A stretch of DNA of 55,859 nt from positions 1-55,859 of the IMG/VR virus record IMGVR_UViG_3300044899_000002, one strand, 5' to 3'. Origin of the DNA: a virus (Duplodnaviria > Caudoviricetes). The notes under the pieces were generated by a model. That model made no database searches, was not told the DNA's origin, and saw only the letters and a list, made by a program, of their open reading frames with translations. Below are positions 31,938-41,562 of the stretch, in pieces; within the stretch, counting starts at the first letter, position 1; every line of letters starts with the position of its first letter. The position numbers were made by a program, and so were the translations under genes.

Positions 31938-34381
31938 CGACCACGCTGCCGGGCCGTGCCCCGAGCACCGACACCGAGCTGGTGCGCTCGTTCCACGACC
32001 GCATCCGCAAGCTGGAGACGGCCCCGACCGTGCGCGTGGGGCCGTGGGTGCTGTCCAACGACGCCGCCACGGGCGCGCTGCGGGCCACCCGTCCCGGCCA
32101 GGTCGTGCTCATCGACGGCGAGGGCGCGACCGAGCTGGACCCGGTAAAGGTAGACCTGTCCGGCCTGGTCACCAACACCCAACTGGACCACGCGCTGGCG
32201 GGCGTCGGCGGACTGCCCGACCTCGGGGCCATCGCAGAGTCCATTTTCGGCTCGCTGTATACGCAGCTCACCGGGTTCCTCAACCCCGTCTCGGCGCTCA
32301 CCCAGCTCGCCAACTTTTTCAAGCTGGAGCTGGGCGGGGCCATCACGCCGGGGCGGCTGCCCCTCATCCCGCTGTCGCACATCCGCAACGTCCAGCCCAA
32401 CCTCCTGGTTGACGGCTCGTTCGATGACGAGAACACCCTGGCCGGGTTCCCAGATTGGGACTACGACGAGGCCGACGGCAAGTCCCGACCGGGGTGCGCG
32501 TACACCGTCGCCGACGGCACCACCCACACGCTGCACAGCAATCCCATCGAGGTCGGCGCTGACGACACGCTGGACGTGGAGGCGTGGGCCAAGTGGACCG
32601 GCCTGACCACCAGCGCGCCCAACCCCATCACCGTCGCGGTGGCCAGCTACACCGCCGCCGGGGTGCTCATCGGTGGCGCGCCCGCCGTCCTGACCAACGC
32701 AGGCGGCAGCGGCGGCACCGTGGGGTGGACCGGCGGCACGATATTCACCAACTGGGACGTGCCCAACACCGCCGCCTACGTCGTGCTGGAGCTAACCGTG
32801 GCCAACACCGCCACGGCGGGCACGGTCAAGTTCGATGACCTGGTGGTGCGCAAGACTGGCACCCTTCCCCAGTCCTACGTCACCGGCCTGGTGGGCGCGC
32901 TCGGGGCGGCGGCGCAGGGAATCCAGGACCTCATCAACCAGATATGGACCGGCATTACCCGCCAGGTTCTCGATGGCCCCAAGGCGCTGCCCGACCTGTG
33001 GGAGGTGCTGGGCGACATCCCCGCGTTCAGCATCGGCGGCGTCGGCGGGCTGACCAACATGGCCGACACCATCACCCAGACGTGGACGCAGCTATGGGGC
33101 GGGTTCGCGCAGGCGATTGGCGCGGGCGGCAAGTCCATCGCCGACGCCGCCAACGCGGCGGGCAACGTGGCCTCCACCGCCGACCAGGCGCAGGACCTCG
33201 CCGAGTGGACCAACGCTGTCCAGGGCATCCGCAACAACAAGCCGTTCGACAGCGGGATGGACCCCACCGCCGTCTCGATGTTCCCCATTCCCGCCGCCAC
33301 CGCGTCCGGCGGTGAGCCGCCCTACCTCAACGCCACCTCGGCGTCGGTCCCGATGGCGTTCTGGATTGCCCCCGAGGACGCACAGCGCGGGTCCATCCAG
33401 TGGCTCGGCAAGGGCAACGCCAACATCACCGCCCTCTACATCGACGTATACCGACTGAACACCACGACCGGCGCGGCCACGCTCATCCACACCAGCCCCG
33501 ACCAGTTCCCCAAACTGACCGCTGGCCTCAAGCTCATCCGCTACGACATGGCCACCGCCGACCGCATCGCGGTGGCCCACGCTGACGTGCTCGGGTTCGC
33601 CTGGCGCGTCACCGGCACCGGCACCCACCAGGTGGCCATGCGCTACGGGCTGGCCACCGGGGACACCACGCAGGTGCCCCAGCGCCCCAGCGCGGTGCGT
33701 ACCGGCACGCTGGTGGGCAACATGGCTGCCGGTGCCGTGCCATACGGCGGTGACGTGCCGTGGGTGGCGTTCGGCATCGTGACCGGCGACGTGGCCCCGC
33801 CGTTTTTCAATCCCCGCACCACCGAGTTCGCCACGCCCGGCGCGGGCCAGGTCTACGACATCCCGACGTGGGCCAACTATCTGGACATCGTGCTCATCGG
33901 TGGCGGCGGCGGTGGTCGCGGCGGCAACGGCGGCAACACCATCGCGGGCCAAGGCGGGTTTGCCGGGCAGTGGCGCACCGAGACGCTGGTGCGCGGCGTG
34001 GACTTCCCCGCCAACGCCAGCCAGGTCATCCTTGACATCGGTACCGGCGGCAACGCAGGCGGCAAAGAACAGGCAGGCCAGGCGGGCACCGTGACGGTGC
34101 GCCGCGCCATCGTCGGCGGCAAGGCGGTGCTGACGGCACCCGCCGGTAACGGTGGCCAGGTGGAGGACAACAACCTCTCGGCGGGCGGTTCGCCTGGTGA
34201 CATCACGTTCGGCGGCAAGCCCTACGTGGGCGGCATCGGCGGCGTCGGCGGTCGGCCCGGCTCAAACGCCTCGGCCCCCGGTGCGGGCGGCGGTGGCGGC
34301 TACGGCGGCATTTACACCGTCGGCTACGCGGGCGGCAATGGTGGGCGTGGCGGCGGCTGGGTCACCGCTCGGGCGACGTAA
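31934..34381 (+). CDS. Minor tail protein with a carbohydrate-binding-like domain and a Gly-rich C-terminus
   Basis: RIRKLET, NLLVDGSFD...KFDDLVV, YLDIVLIGGGGGG. Confidence 0.8.
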   Translation: MTTTLPGRAPSTDTELVRSFHDRIRKLETAPTVRVGPWVLSNDAATGALRATRPGQVVLIDGEGATELDPVKVDLSGLVTNTQLDHALAGVGGLPDLGAIAESIFGSLYTQLTGFLNPVSALTQLANFFKLELGGAITPGRLPLIPLSHIRNVQPNLLVDGSFDDENTLAGFPDWDYDEADGKSRPGCAYTVADGTTHTLHSNPIEVGADDTLDVEAWAKWTGLTTSAPNPITVAVASYTAAGVLIGGAPAVLTNAGGSGGTVGWTGGTIFTNWDVPNTAAYVVLELTVANTATAGTVKFDDLVVRKTGTLPQSYVTGLVGALGAAAQGIQDLINQIWTGITRQVLDGPKALPDLWEVLGDIPAFSIGGVGGLTNMADTITQTWTQLWGGFAQAIGAGGKSIADAANAAGNVASTADQAQDLAEWTNAVQGIRNNKPFDSGMDPTAVSMFPIPAATASGGEPPYLNATSASVPMAFWIAPEDAQRGSIQWLGKGNANITALYIDVYRLNTTTGAATLIHTSPDQFPKLTAGLKLIRYDMATADRIAVAHADVLGFAWRVTGTGTHQVAMRYGLATGDTTQVPQRPSAVRTGTLVGNMAAGAVPYGGDVPWVAFGIVTGDVAPPFFNPRTTEFATPGAGQVYDIPTWANYLDIVLIGGGGGGRGGNGGNTIAGQGGFAGQWRTETLVRGVDFPANASQVILDIGTGGNAGGKEQAGQAGTVTVRRAIVGGKAVLTAPAGNGGQVEDNNLSAGGSPGDITFGGKPYVGGIGGVGGRPGSNASAPGAGGGGGYGGIYTVGYAGGNGGRGGGWVTARAT

Positions 34382-36096
34382 TGGCGGGCTGGTTCCCCGG
34401 CGTCCCGACGTTGCCCCACGTTCTGGTGCCGGGGTGGTTCCAGGGCACGCCCGTCGCGCCCGACATCCCCGCCGACGAGATCGGCTGGTGGGCCACGCTC
34501 ACCATCGACATCCGCGAGGTGGCCGACCCGGCGCAGGCGCTCGTCCTCATGGCCATCAAGCGGGTGGCCCTGGCCAACCTCGCCGCCAGCACGCAGTCGC
34601 TCGCGCTGCGCAAGATCGCCATGTCCGTGTTCACCAACACCGCGACCTCGGCGCAGACGATGGCCCTGCGCAAGATCGCCCTGGAGCAACTGGCCAACGT
34701 CGCCCCGGCCACGCAGGCGCTCGCGCTCACCCGAGTCGCCACGCTAGCGTTTGCCGCCACGTCGCCCTCGGCGCAGTTCCTCGGCATCGGGCGCGTGGGC
34801 ACCCTCGGCATGACGAGCACGGCGGCGGGCGTCCAGGCGCTCAACTTCATCGCCGTCGCGGTGCTGTCGTTCGCCGGGCTGGCCACGCCCAGCCAGGTCC
34901 TCAACCTGACGAGGGTGGCCACGCTGGCGGCTGCCAACAGCGCCCCCGCCCTCCAGGTGCTCACCGCCATCAGCATCGGCATGGAGGCGTTCACCAACAT
35001 CGCCCCGGCGTCCACGACGCTGGCCCTGGCGCGCGTCGTCGGCGAGGCGTTCGCCAACACCTCACCGGCAGCCCAGTCCATCGCCCTGGCCCGCGTGGGC
35101 ACCCTCGGGCTGACGAGCACCGGGGACGCGGTTACGGCGCTGTCCGTGGCGCGTGTGGGCGTTCTGTCCATCAACAACCTCGGCGGCGTCGTCCAGTCGG
35201 CGAGCCTCACGCAAATCGCCATGCTGGCGCTGTCGTCGGCGGGCGTCAGCGCCGAGGCGTTCTCGTTCGACATCGTGTCTGGGTTCGTCCCGGTCACCCA
35301 GACCAACATCACGGGCGCGGTCACCATCCCGCCCGGCGCTCATGGCGTCTGGGTGACGTGCGCGGCGGCGGGCGGGTCCGGCGGCGGTGCCGGTGTTCGT
35401 GGCGCGTCCGGCACCGGCAACGGCGGTGGCGGCGGGGGCGGCGGTGCGCGCCTGCGGGTCTATGTGCCCATCACGCTCATCGGCGCGGGTCCGGCGTCCA
35501 TCACCCGAGGCGCAGGCGGCACCGGCTCGCGGACACAGGGCAACGCGGGCATTGCGGGAGGCAACACCGTGTTCAGTGTGAGCAGCGTGGACGTGGTGAT
35601 TGCGACCGGCGGCGCAGGCGGCGGCACCACGACCAACCCCCTCGGCGGTATGGGCGGCGCGGTGGGTGCGTTCCAGGGCACGACCATCGACTACGCCCAG
35701 AACGGCGGCGAGGGCGGCGACGGGTCCACCGTGGCGGTGCAATCCCCAGCCACGTCGCTCGGCCAGAACACCGACAAGTCCGGCCCCGGCGGTGGCGGCG
35801 GTGGCGCGAACAAGGGCAGCGCCTACTCGGGCGGCAAGGGCGGTAACTCGTCCTACGCCAACGGCGGCGCGTCCGGCGGTGCTGGCGTGGCTGGCGGGTC
35901 CGGCGGCACCAACGCGGGCGGCGGTGGTGGCGGTGGTGGTGCCGGGTCGGGGTTCGGTGCCAACGGCAACAACGCGGGCAACGCGGGACCCATTGGCGCG
36001 GGCGGCGGTGGCGGTGGCGGTAAAGAGGGGTCGTCGGGTTCCGGCGGTCAGGGGTCGGCGGGCGCGGTCGGCTGGAACTTGCTGGAGTGGGTGTGA
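34381..36096 (+). CDS. Minor tail protein with ~16-aa repeats and a Gly-rich C-terminus
   Basis: Periodic Q-x-L-x-L-x-R-V-x-x-L pattern; AGGSGGGAG-type Gly-rich domain. Confidence 0.8.
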   Translation: MAGWFPGVPTLPHVLVPGWFQGTPVAPDIPADEIGWWATLTIDIREVADPAQALVLMAIKRVALANLAASTQSLALRKIAMSVFTNTATSAQTMALRKIALEQLANVAPATQALALTRVATLAFAATSPSAQFLGIGRVGTLGMTSTAAGVQALNFIAVAVLSFAGLATPSQVLNLTRVATLAAANSAPALQVLTAISIGMEAFTNIAPASTTLALARVVGEAFANTSPAAQSIALARVGTLGLTSTGDAVTALSVARVGVLSINNLGGVVQSASLTQIAMLALSSAGVSAEAFSFDIVSGFVPVTQTNITGAVTIPPGAHGVWVTCAAAGGSGGGAGVRGASGTGNGGGGGGGGARLRVYVPITLIGAGPASITRGAGGTGSRTQGNAGIAGGNTVFSVSSVDVVIATGGAGGGTTTNPLGGMGGAVGAFQGTTIDYAQNGGEGGDGSTVAVQSPATSLGQNTDKSGPGGGGGGANKGSAYSGGKGGNSSYANGGASGGAGVAGGSGGTNAGGGGGGGGAGSGFGANGNNAGNAGPIGAGGGGGGGKEGSSGSGGQGSAGAVGWNLLEWV

Positions 36097-36124
36097 CCGC
36101 ACCCCGAACGGATAGGATGCCCAC

Positions 36125-36508
36125 ATGGCTGTCGGACCCACCACGTACTTGGTCAACAAGCTGCTGGACCTCGCGCTGCGGAACGTCGCATGGACGCCCC
36201 CGGCCATCGTCTATTTCAAGCCTCACGTAGGGGACCCCGGCGCGGCTGGCGCGGCCAACCCGTCGGCGCAGACGACCCGCGTGGCCGTCACGTTCTCGGC
36301 TGCCGCTGCGGGCGTGGTCAACCTGTCCGGCACCCCCGAGGTAACGCTGAACGCCACCGAGACGATTTCTCACGGTTCGTTCTGGGACGCCTCCACGGGT
36401 GGTAACTGCCTGTGGACCGCGCAGGCTGCCGTGGCCAAGGGTGGCGTGGCCACCGACATCATCCGACTCACTGCCATCCAGCTCGGGTTTACCGGGCTGG
36501 CGGCGTAA
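36125..36508 (+). CDS. Minor tail/structural protein
   Basis: NKLLD, HVGDPGAAG, FWDASTGGNCLW. Confidence 0.75.
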   Translation: MAVGPTTYLVNKLLDLALRNVAWTPPAIVYFKPHVGDPGAAGAANPSAQTTRVAVTFSAAAAGVVNLSGTPEVTLNATETISHGSFWDASTGGNCLWTAQAAVAKGGVATDIIRLTAIQLGFTGLAA

Positions 36509-36516
36509 GGGGAACC

Positions 36517-36897
36517 ATGACCACCGCCGTGCCGTCCACCGTCATCTGGGGAGTCCAGTGGGAGGTGTTCGTGATGCCCGCCTCGTTCGAGGGCGAGCGC
36601 CCCAAGCCGCCGGACATGCTCGGCGAGGACCCCACCGAGGCCGAGGTGGACGCCTACAACGAGGCGTCAGCGGCGTTCGTCACCGCCAACGCGGCGTTCG
36701 AGGCCGAGATGGTCACCGTGGCGCAGGACGAGGCCAACTGGTTCCACACCGTCAGCACGATGGACGACGAGCAGTCTGCCCGCGAGACGCTGACGGTGCT
36801 GCGCGATGCCAACGAGGGCAACCCGTTCAACCGCGCGTTCGAGCTGGTCAAGGCCAACCGCCCCCGCTGGGTCGTCGTGCCGGTGGACGCCGAGTAG
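36517..36897 (+). CDS. Acidic hypothetical protein
   Basis: AAGGGG RBS; 126 aa. Confidence 0.75.
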   Translation: MTTAVPSTVIWGVQWEVFVMPASFEGERPKPPDMLGEDPTEAEVDAYNEASAAFVTANAAFEAEMVTVAQDEANWFHTVSTMDDEQSARETLTVLRDANEGNPFNRAFELVKANRPRWVVVPVDAE

Positions 36898-37541
36898 TGA
36901 GCGCCACGGTATGCCTGGCTGAAAACCTGACCATCGGACCCGATGGCCAGCTACGCCTTGCGCCGTGGTCCCGTCCGCGCAACGTCGTGGACGTGCTCGC
37001 CCCCTCGGGTGCGGACACCACCAAGCTGCTGGCCACCGAGACGCTGCCCGGTCGCCTGCTCATCGACCGCCGGGTTGAGTGGACCAACGACAGCCCGGTG
37101 GACCACGACATCCGCGTGCTCGTCACCCGGCGGTGGCGGCGGTGGGTCACCTCGAACCCCAACGCCATCGAGTTCCGCGACCGCTGGTCCTCGGCCATCA
37201 CCCCCGCCGACAGCGCGGTGCCCATCGACCCCGCCGAGCCGGTCACGTCGGGCTACTACAACAGCCAGACCGGCAGCGCCGGGGACATCGGCACCAACAG
37301 CGTGGCCGAACCCCAGCCGGGCAAGTTCTGGCACTGGTGGGGCACCAACACGTCCGAGGAGTGGCTGGGGCCGGTCGGCCCTGGCGACACCATCCGGCTG
37401 TGGTATCGCGGCTACGTCTGGACGCCTGGCCCGTTCTCGGACAACGCCAACAAGAACAGCCCCGCCCATGAGGCCGAGGCGGGCTGGGCGCGCATCCAGC
37501 TCATGGCGTTCCCCGACCAGGGCAAGGTCGTGACCGGGTGA
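36897..37541 (+). CDS. Putative tail-tip protein, paralog 1
   Basis: GTG coupled to the upstream TAG; WTNDSP and RIQLMAFP motifs shared with the next two genes. Confidence 0.7.
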   Translation: MSATVCLAENLTIGPDGQLRLAPWSRPRNVVDVLAPSGADTTKLLATETLPGRLLIDRRVEWTNDSPVDHDIRVLVTRRWRRWVTSNPNAIEFRDRWSSAITPADSAVPIDPAEPVTSGYYNSQTGSAGDIGTNSVAEPQPGKFWHWWGTNTSEEWLGPVGPGDTIRLWYRGYVWTPGPFSDNANKNSPAHEAEAGWARIQLMAFPDQGKVVTG

Positions 37542-38137
37542 GCGTGAAAATCTGCACCGCCGAGTACATGATCAGCGACGTTCGGGGCACGGGCGTGGCC
37601 CGCACCTGGCTGCCGCGCGTCGTGTCCGAGCAATTCCTGGAGTCCACCAAGGACGGCGAGATCAAGCTGTCACCGGACCCGGTAACCATGATCGACGGCG
37701 ACCTAACCTGGTTCAACAACAGCAAGGACGCGCAGCGCATCGGCGTCTCGGTCCACCGCGCCCCGCGCATGATCGTCGCGCAGTCGCCCAGCACCGTGGT
37801 CATCCACGACGCCTGGTCCCACCAGGTCGGTGCCAGCCCCGAGGCCGATTACCCCAGCGTCATCGCCGACACGTTCGGCGGGCGCATCCAGATCGACCGC
37901 GCCTCGGCGTCGGCCAATGACCTGCTGTTCGGGCGTTACATCCTCATCGGTGACGACAGCATCCGGTGGGTGGACCTCGGCATCGTGCCGCCCCGTCAGT
38001 CGTTCCATTTCCGCTACATCGCCGCCGTGCAGACGCCCGGCACCTGGACGCTGCCGGGCAGCGACAGCGACGTGGTGGGCCGGTGGGAAGCACACGCGCG
38101 GTGGACGCGCCTGACTGCGATGGCGGTGCCAGCATGA
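37538..38137 (+). CDS. Putative tail-tip protein, paralog 2
   Basis: GTGA overlap; WFNNSK and RLTAMAVP. Confidence 0.7.
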   Translation: MSVKICTAEYMISDVRGTGVARTWLPRVVSEQFLESTKDGEIKLSPDPVTMIDGDLTWFNNSKDAQRIGVSVHRAPRMIVAQSPSTVVIHDAWSHQVGASPEADYPSVIADTFGGRIQIDRASASANDLLFGRYILIGDDSIRWVDLGIVPPRQSFHFRYIAAVQTPGTWTLPGSDSDVVGRWEAHARWTRLTAMAVPA

Positions 38138-38895
38138 CCAACCCCACCCCCTGCGTGGACCCGCTGCATTTCGAGGTCCTGGAGGACGGCAGCATCCGGC
38201 CACAGCCGTGGATGCAATGGCGCAACATCGCCAGCGTCATCGCCGCGAGCAAGTCCGGCACCTACGGCGTCACCCTCCAGTCCGGCGGCGTCGGCGGCAC
38301 CCCGATTTTCGGCACCCTCGGGTCCCTGTTCGGCTCGCTGTTCTCGTTCATCCCCACCATGTTCGGGTCGTCGGGGTTCCTCTCGGGGCTGCTGGCGTCG
38401 GCGTCGGCGGGCGGCAACAAAAACGACCTCATCCACAGCCTCACGCGGACGTGGACCAACGACACGCCCGTGGCCCAAGATGTCTATGGCCTCATCACGC
38501 GCGGCGGCTGCCGGGTCACCCTCCAGGCTCGCTCGCGCGGCGGGCTGGTGCTGGCGTCCGGCTACAAGGTCGGCGCGCTCGGGGACCCCGGCCCCCTGGT
38601 CCCGGCGTCCATGTTCGGCGTCGGCGCGGACATCGGGCGCGGCGGCACCCTGGCCATCGGCACCCAGTTCTGCGTGGCCGAGGAGCGCATGAACAGCGTC
38701 ACCATCCCGCTGGCCCCCGAGCGCACCGGCTGGGCGCGTCTCCAGCCCGGTGAGTCCATCACCGCTCGGGTGGAGCTGCGGTTCGTGTCCGAGTTCTGGG
38801 AAAACACCACCATCGACGGCGGCGACTCGGGCACCGAGTCCGGCTACGAGACGGGCGACACGCGACTGGACCTGTTCGCCGTGCCGGTACTCTAA
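38134..38895 (+). CDS. Putative tail-tip protein, paralog 3
   Basis: ATGA overlap; WTNDTP and RLDLFAVP. Confidence 0.7.
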   Translation: MTNPTPCVDPLHFEVLEDGSIRPQPWMQWRNIASVIAASKSGTYGVTLQSGGVGGTPIFGTLGSLFGSLFSFIPTMFGSSGFLSGLLASASAGGNKNDLIHSLTRTWTNDTPVAQDVYGLITRGGCRVTLQARSRGGLVLASGYKVGALGDPGPLVPASMFGVGADIGRGGTLAIGTQFCVAEERMNSVTIPLAPERTGWARLQPGESITARVELRFVSEFWENTTIDGGDSGTESGYETGDTRLDLFAVPVL

Positions 38896-38922
38896 AGGTC
38901 AATCCCGACCTCGGAGGGTAAT

Positions 38923-39291
38923 TTGTACGACCCCACCCCTGGATACATCGACTGCGAGTCCGACGGCGAGGACCACCCGACGCCGCCCGGTCACCCGTAC
39001 CGCGAGCTGGAGGTGGACGGCATCGGCATCATCCACGCCCGCAAGCCGCTGCCCAACGCCATCCCGGCCCTCGCCGGGGCGGCAAACGCCCGCGTCAGCC
39101 ACATGACGCGCATTGATCAACTGGACATATTCATCCAGAACCACGTCGCGGAGGGCGAGTTCGAGGCGCTGCTGGCGCGGATGATGGACCCCGACGAGGA
39201 CATGCCGCCGGACACGATGTTGCGGGTGAGCCGGGCCATAGCGACAGCAGGCACCGCCCGCCCTACACGGCGGTCATCAACCTCGCGTTGA
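38923..39291 (+). CDS. Tail assembly chaperone-like protein (G-like)
   Basis: GGAGG RBS before TTG; ARMMDPDED resembles SRLMDPDED in 22551-23222; has RPT near its end. Confidence 0.65.
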   Translation: MYDPTPGYIDCESDGEDHPTPPGHPYRELEVDGIGIIHARKPLPNAIPALAGAANARVSHMTRIDQLDIFIQNHVAEGEFEALLARMMDPDEDMPPDTMLRVSRAIATAGTARPTRRSSTSR

Positions 39292-39599
39292 TGGCCGCGC
39301 ACAACTGGCGGGCGTTGCGCACCCGCGCGCTGGACAAGGGCATCGGTCACCTGATGGACCTGTCCTCCATGCACATCGTGCTGGACATCATGGAGCAAAT
39401 CGGCCTGGAGTCCTCCACCCATGACGCCAAGACAAAGGCCGAAGCACTGGGCAAGATCAGCAGCTATTACGACAAGCTGTATAAGCCGGACCCGGTGGCC
39501 ATCAAGGTCAACGGCGGCGAGATCGGACCCCCGCCGGGCTGGTCCGACGCCGAGGTGGAGGCGTCGTTTGATGCGTTCCTATCGGCAGGTGGCGGCTGA
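39288..39599 (+). CDS. Hypothetical protein, probable -1 frameshift (GT-like) extension of the upstream gene
   Basis: In the -1 frame relative to the upstream ORF; GC3-biased codons already start at 39261. Confidence 0.65.
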   Translation: MMAAHNWRALRTRALDKGIGHLMDLSSMHIVLDIMEQIGLESSTHDAKTKAEALGKISSYYDKLYKPDPVAIKVNGGEIGPPPGWSDAEVEASFDAFLSAGGG

Positions 39600-39629
39600 T
39601 ATGCGCGCGGACACGATACCCTGATCAGC

Positions 39630-40037
39630 ATGGCAATCGTCGCCGTCCTGATGGACACCAACGCCGCGCCCGGTGCCAAGCTGGACCCGGCCCTGCGTGC
39701 CGAGATTGAGAAGCTGGCCCCCGGCCTGGAAATCGGCGAGGTCGGCACCGACGAGCTGGCCGACAACGCGGTGACCGATGCCAAGATCAAAGAGGGCGCG
39801 GTCCACAGCGAGCACATCGCCGAGGGCGAGGTAAAGGCCATCAACCTCGGGTCCAAGGCGGTCGGCACCAACGCCCTCGCCGACGACTCGGTGACGGGCC
39901 GGACGGCTGGCCCCGGCGTCGTCACCGCCAAGGACCCGGCGGGCAACTACATCGAGTCCGAGGAGTGGCACGGCACCGCTGCGGCGTTCGCCCAGATCAA
40001 TCCCCGGCTGCCCAACGTCACCTATTACGTGGTCTGA
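39630..40037 (+). CDS. Fibre-like protein with 10-aa repeats
   Basis: GEVGTDELAD/NAVTDAKIKE/GAVHSEHIAE/GEVKAINLGS/KAVGTNALAD. Confidence 0.7.
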   Translation: MAIVAVLMDTNAAPGAKLDPALRAEIEKLAPGLEIGEVGTDELADNAVTDAKIKEGAVHSEHIAEGEVKAINLGSKAVGTNALADDSVTGRTAGPGVVTAKDPAGNYIESEEWHGTAAAFAQINPRLPNVTYYVV

Positions 40038-41170
40038 TGCCGGTATATCGGGGCGCTGGCCCGCTGGTCAAACAGGTGTATCGGGGCGAGTCCCCGGTGC
40101 GCCAGATTTACCGTGGCAACGCCCTGGTGTGGCAGCGCACGGCGGTGTCGGACGGGTTCGACTGGGACGGCTGGCTGGACAACTGGATTAACGAGCTGTG
40201 CAGCGGCGAGGACCTTGGCGACCTGATCAGCGACGGCCTCGGCGGCATCGTGGACGGCCTCGGCAACGTGGTCGGTCAAACCGTCTCGTTCGTGGAGGGC
40301 GGTGCCAACGGCATCGGCACCCTGGTGGCCGACACGGGCACCTCGCTGGTGGACGCCTACTGCGGGGCGTGGGGCGGTGCCTCGCCGCCGGACGGCCTCA
40401 TCGGACTGGTCAACGGCATCCCCATCATCGGCGGGTTCCTGGCCGACTGGCTGGGCGGCAAACTGGACATCACCAGCATCATCGGCAAGGTGCCGGTTAT
40501 CGGCGACATCGCCAAGCAAATCGGCCTGCTGCCCGACGACCTCGGCAACCTGCTGGACCCCATCAACTACGTCATCGACGCCGCTGGCGAGGTCATGGGG
40601 ACCATCACCTGCGGCAAGTACAAGAACATCGGCGGCGGTGCCCTGGAGGGCATCTGTTACGTCATCGGCGTGGTCAACCACGCGGCGCGCGTCATGGTGC
40701 CGGACGGCCTGCTCAACCTGGACAAGCAAGTGGGCCGGATGCGCCACCCCAGCCTCGTCCCGGCGGACGACGGCTGGCTGGAGGTCCAGGTGGCCGAGGC
40801 GGGTATGCCGGGCATGGCCACGCAGGTGTTCCGCCGCTACGCCAACGACGGCAGCGGGGCGCGCGGCGTCGGCATCCACATGGTGGACAACATGGCGGGC
40901 ATCGTGCGGCGCGTCGGCGGCGTGGAAACGGTCGTCAAGCCTGCGCTGGGCGGGTTCGGCCCGACCTCGCGGCTACGCCTCGAACAGCTCGGTAACACCC
41001 ACACCCTGTTCCGCGACGGCATCCCCCTCGGGGACCCGTGGGTGGACGCCACGAACACCGCCGCGAGCGGTGCGAACAACCGCAGCGTGGCGATGGTGAT
41101 GACGGGGGCTAAGGAACTGTGGGGGTCCCGTCGGTTCTCCCCGTCGCTGAACTATCTGGAGGCAGGGTAG
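40037..41170 (+). CDS. Minor tail protein
   Basis: N-terminal VYRG x3 followed by LVWQ; repeated IPIIG-type motifs; C-terminal beta-rich domain. Confidence 0.75.
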   Translation: MPVYRGAGPLVKQVYRGESPVRQIYRGNALVWQRTAVSDGFDWDGWLDNWINELCSGEDLGDLISDGLGGIVDGLGNVVGQTVSFVEGGANGIGTLVADTGTSLVDAYCGAWGGASPPDGLIGLVNGIPIIGGFLADWLGGKLDITSIIGKVPVIGDIAKQIGLLPDDLGNLLDPINYVIDAAGEVMGTITCGKYKNIGGGALEGICYVIGVVNHAARVMVPDGLLNLDKQVGRMRHPSLVPADDGWLEVQVAEAGMPGMATQVFRRYANDGSGARGVGIHMVDNMAGIVRRVGGVETVVKPALGGFGPTSRLRLEQLGNTHTLFRDGIPLGDPWVDATNTAASGANNRSVAMVMTGAKELWGSRRFSPSLNYLEAG

Positions 41171-41342
41171 TCAGTCGGCCCCCGCCGACGGCGAGGAACC
41201 CGAACCCGACGAGGATGGCACCCCAGCCGTGGACCACGGCCAGGACGAGCACGCCAACGAACACCAGCACCACCGCGTCCAACGGCCATTGCACCGTTGG
41301 ACCCGGCGTGCGACGGCCCCAGCGCAGCGGGATGACGAACAC
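41109..41342 (-). CDS. Small membrane protein
   Basis: GTG directly after the upstream stop; two hydrophobic segments; overlaps the end of the convergent gene by ~60 nt. Confidence 0.5.
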   Translation of the reverse strand: MFVIPLRWGRRTPGPTVQWPLDAVVLVFVGVLVLAVVHGWGAILVGFGFLAVGGGRLTTLPPDSSATGRTDGTPTVP

Positions 41343-41552
41343 CTACCGGCCCCCGTGCCAGCCACGGCCAGGACGCTCGGCGTGCCAGGCGTCAATCGTC
41401 TCGGGGAACCAGCCTCGGTGGATGCCCACCTCCACGTCGTGCGGGGGCAGCTTGATGCCGGACAGGCTACGGGCCGACCTCATCCCGAGACGCTGGGCCA
41501 CCTGGTTGGTGGACAGCGCCACGATGACGGTGGGCGCGGTGGTGGCGGTCAT
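41343..41552 (-). CDS. Small HTH DNA-binding protein (AlpA/excisionase-like)
   Basis: LSTNQVAQRLGM...LPPHD...RGWFPETIDAW...RPGRG. Confidence 0.75.
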   Translation of the reverse strand: MTATTAPTVIVALSTNQVAQRLGMRSARSLSGIKLPPHDVEVGIHRGWFPETIDAWHAERPGRGWHGGR

Positions 41553-41562
41553 GTCCTGGATA

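Noticed and set aside
33900-36096. GGC-rich repeats resembling PE-PGRS genes
   Set aside because: These are Gly-rich domains common in mycobacteriophage minor tail proteins; no PE domain is present.
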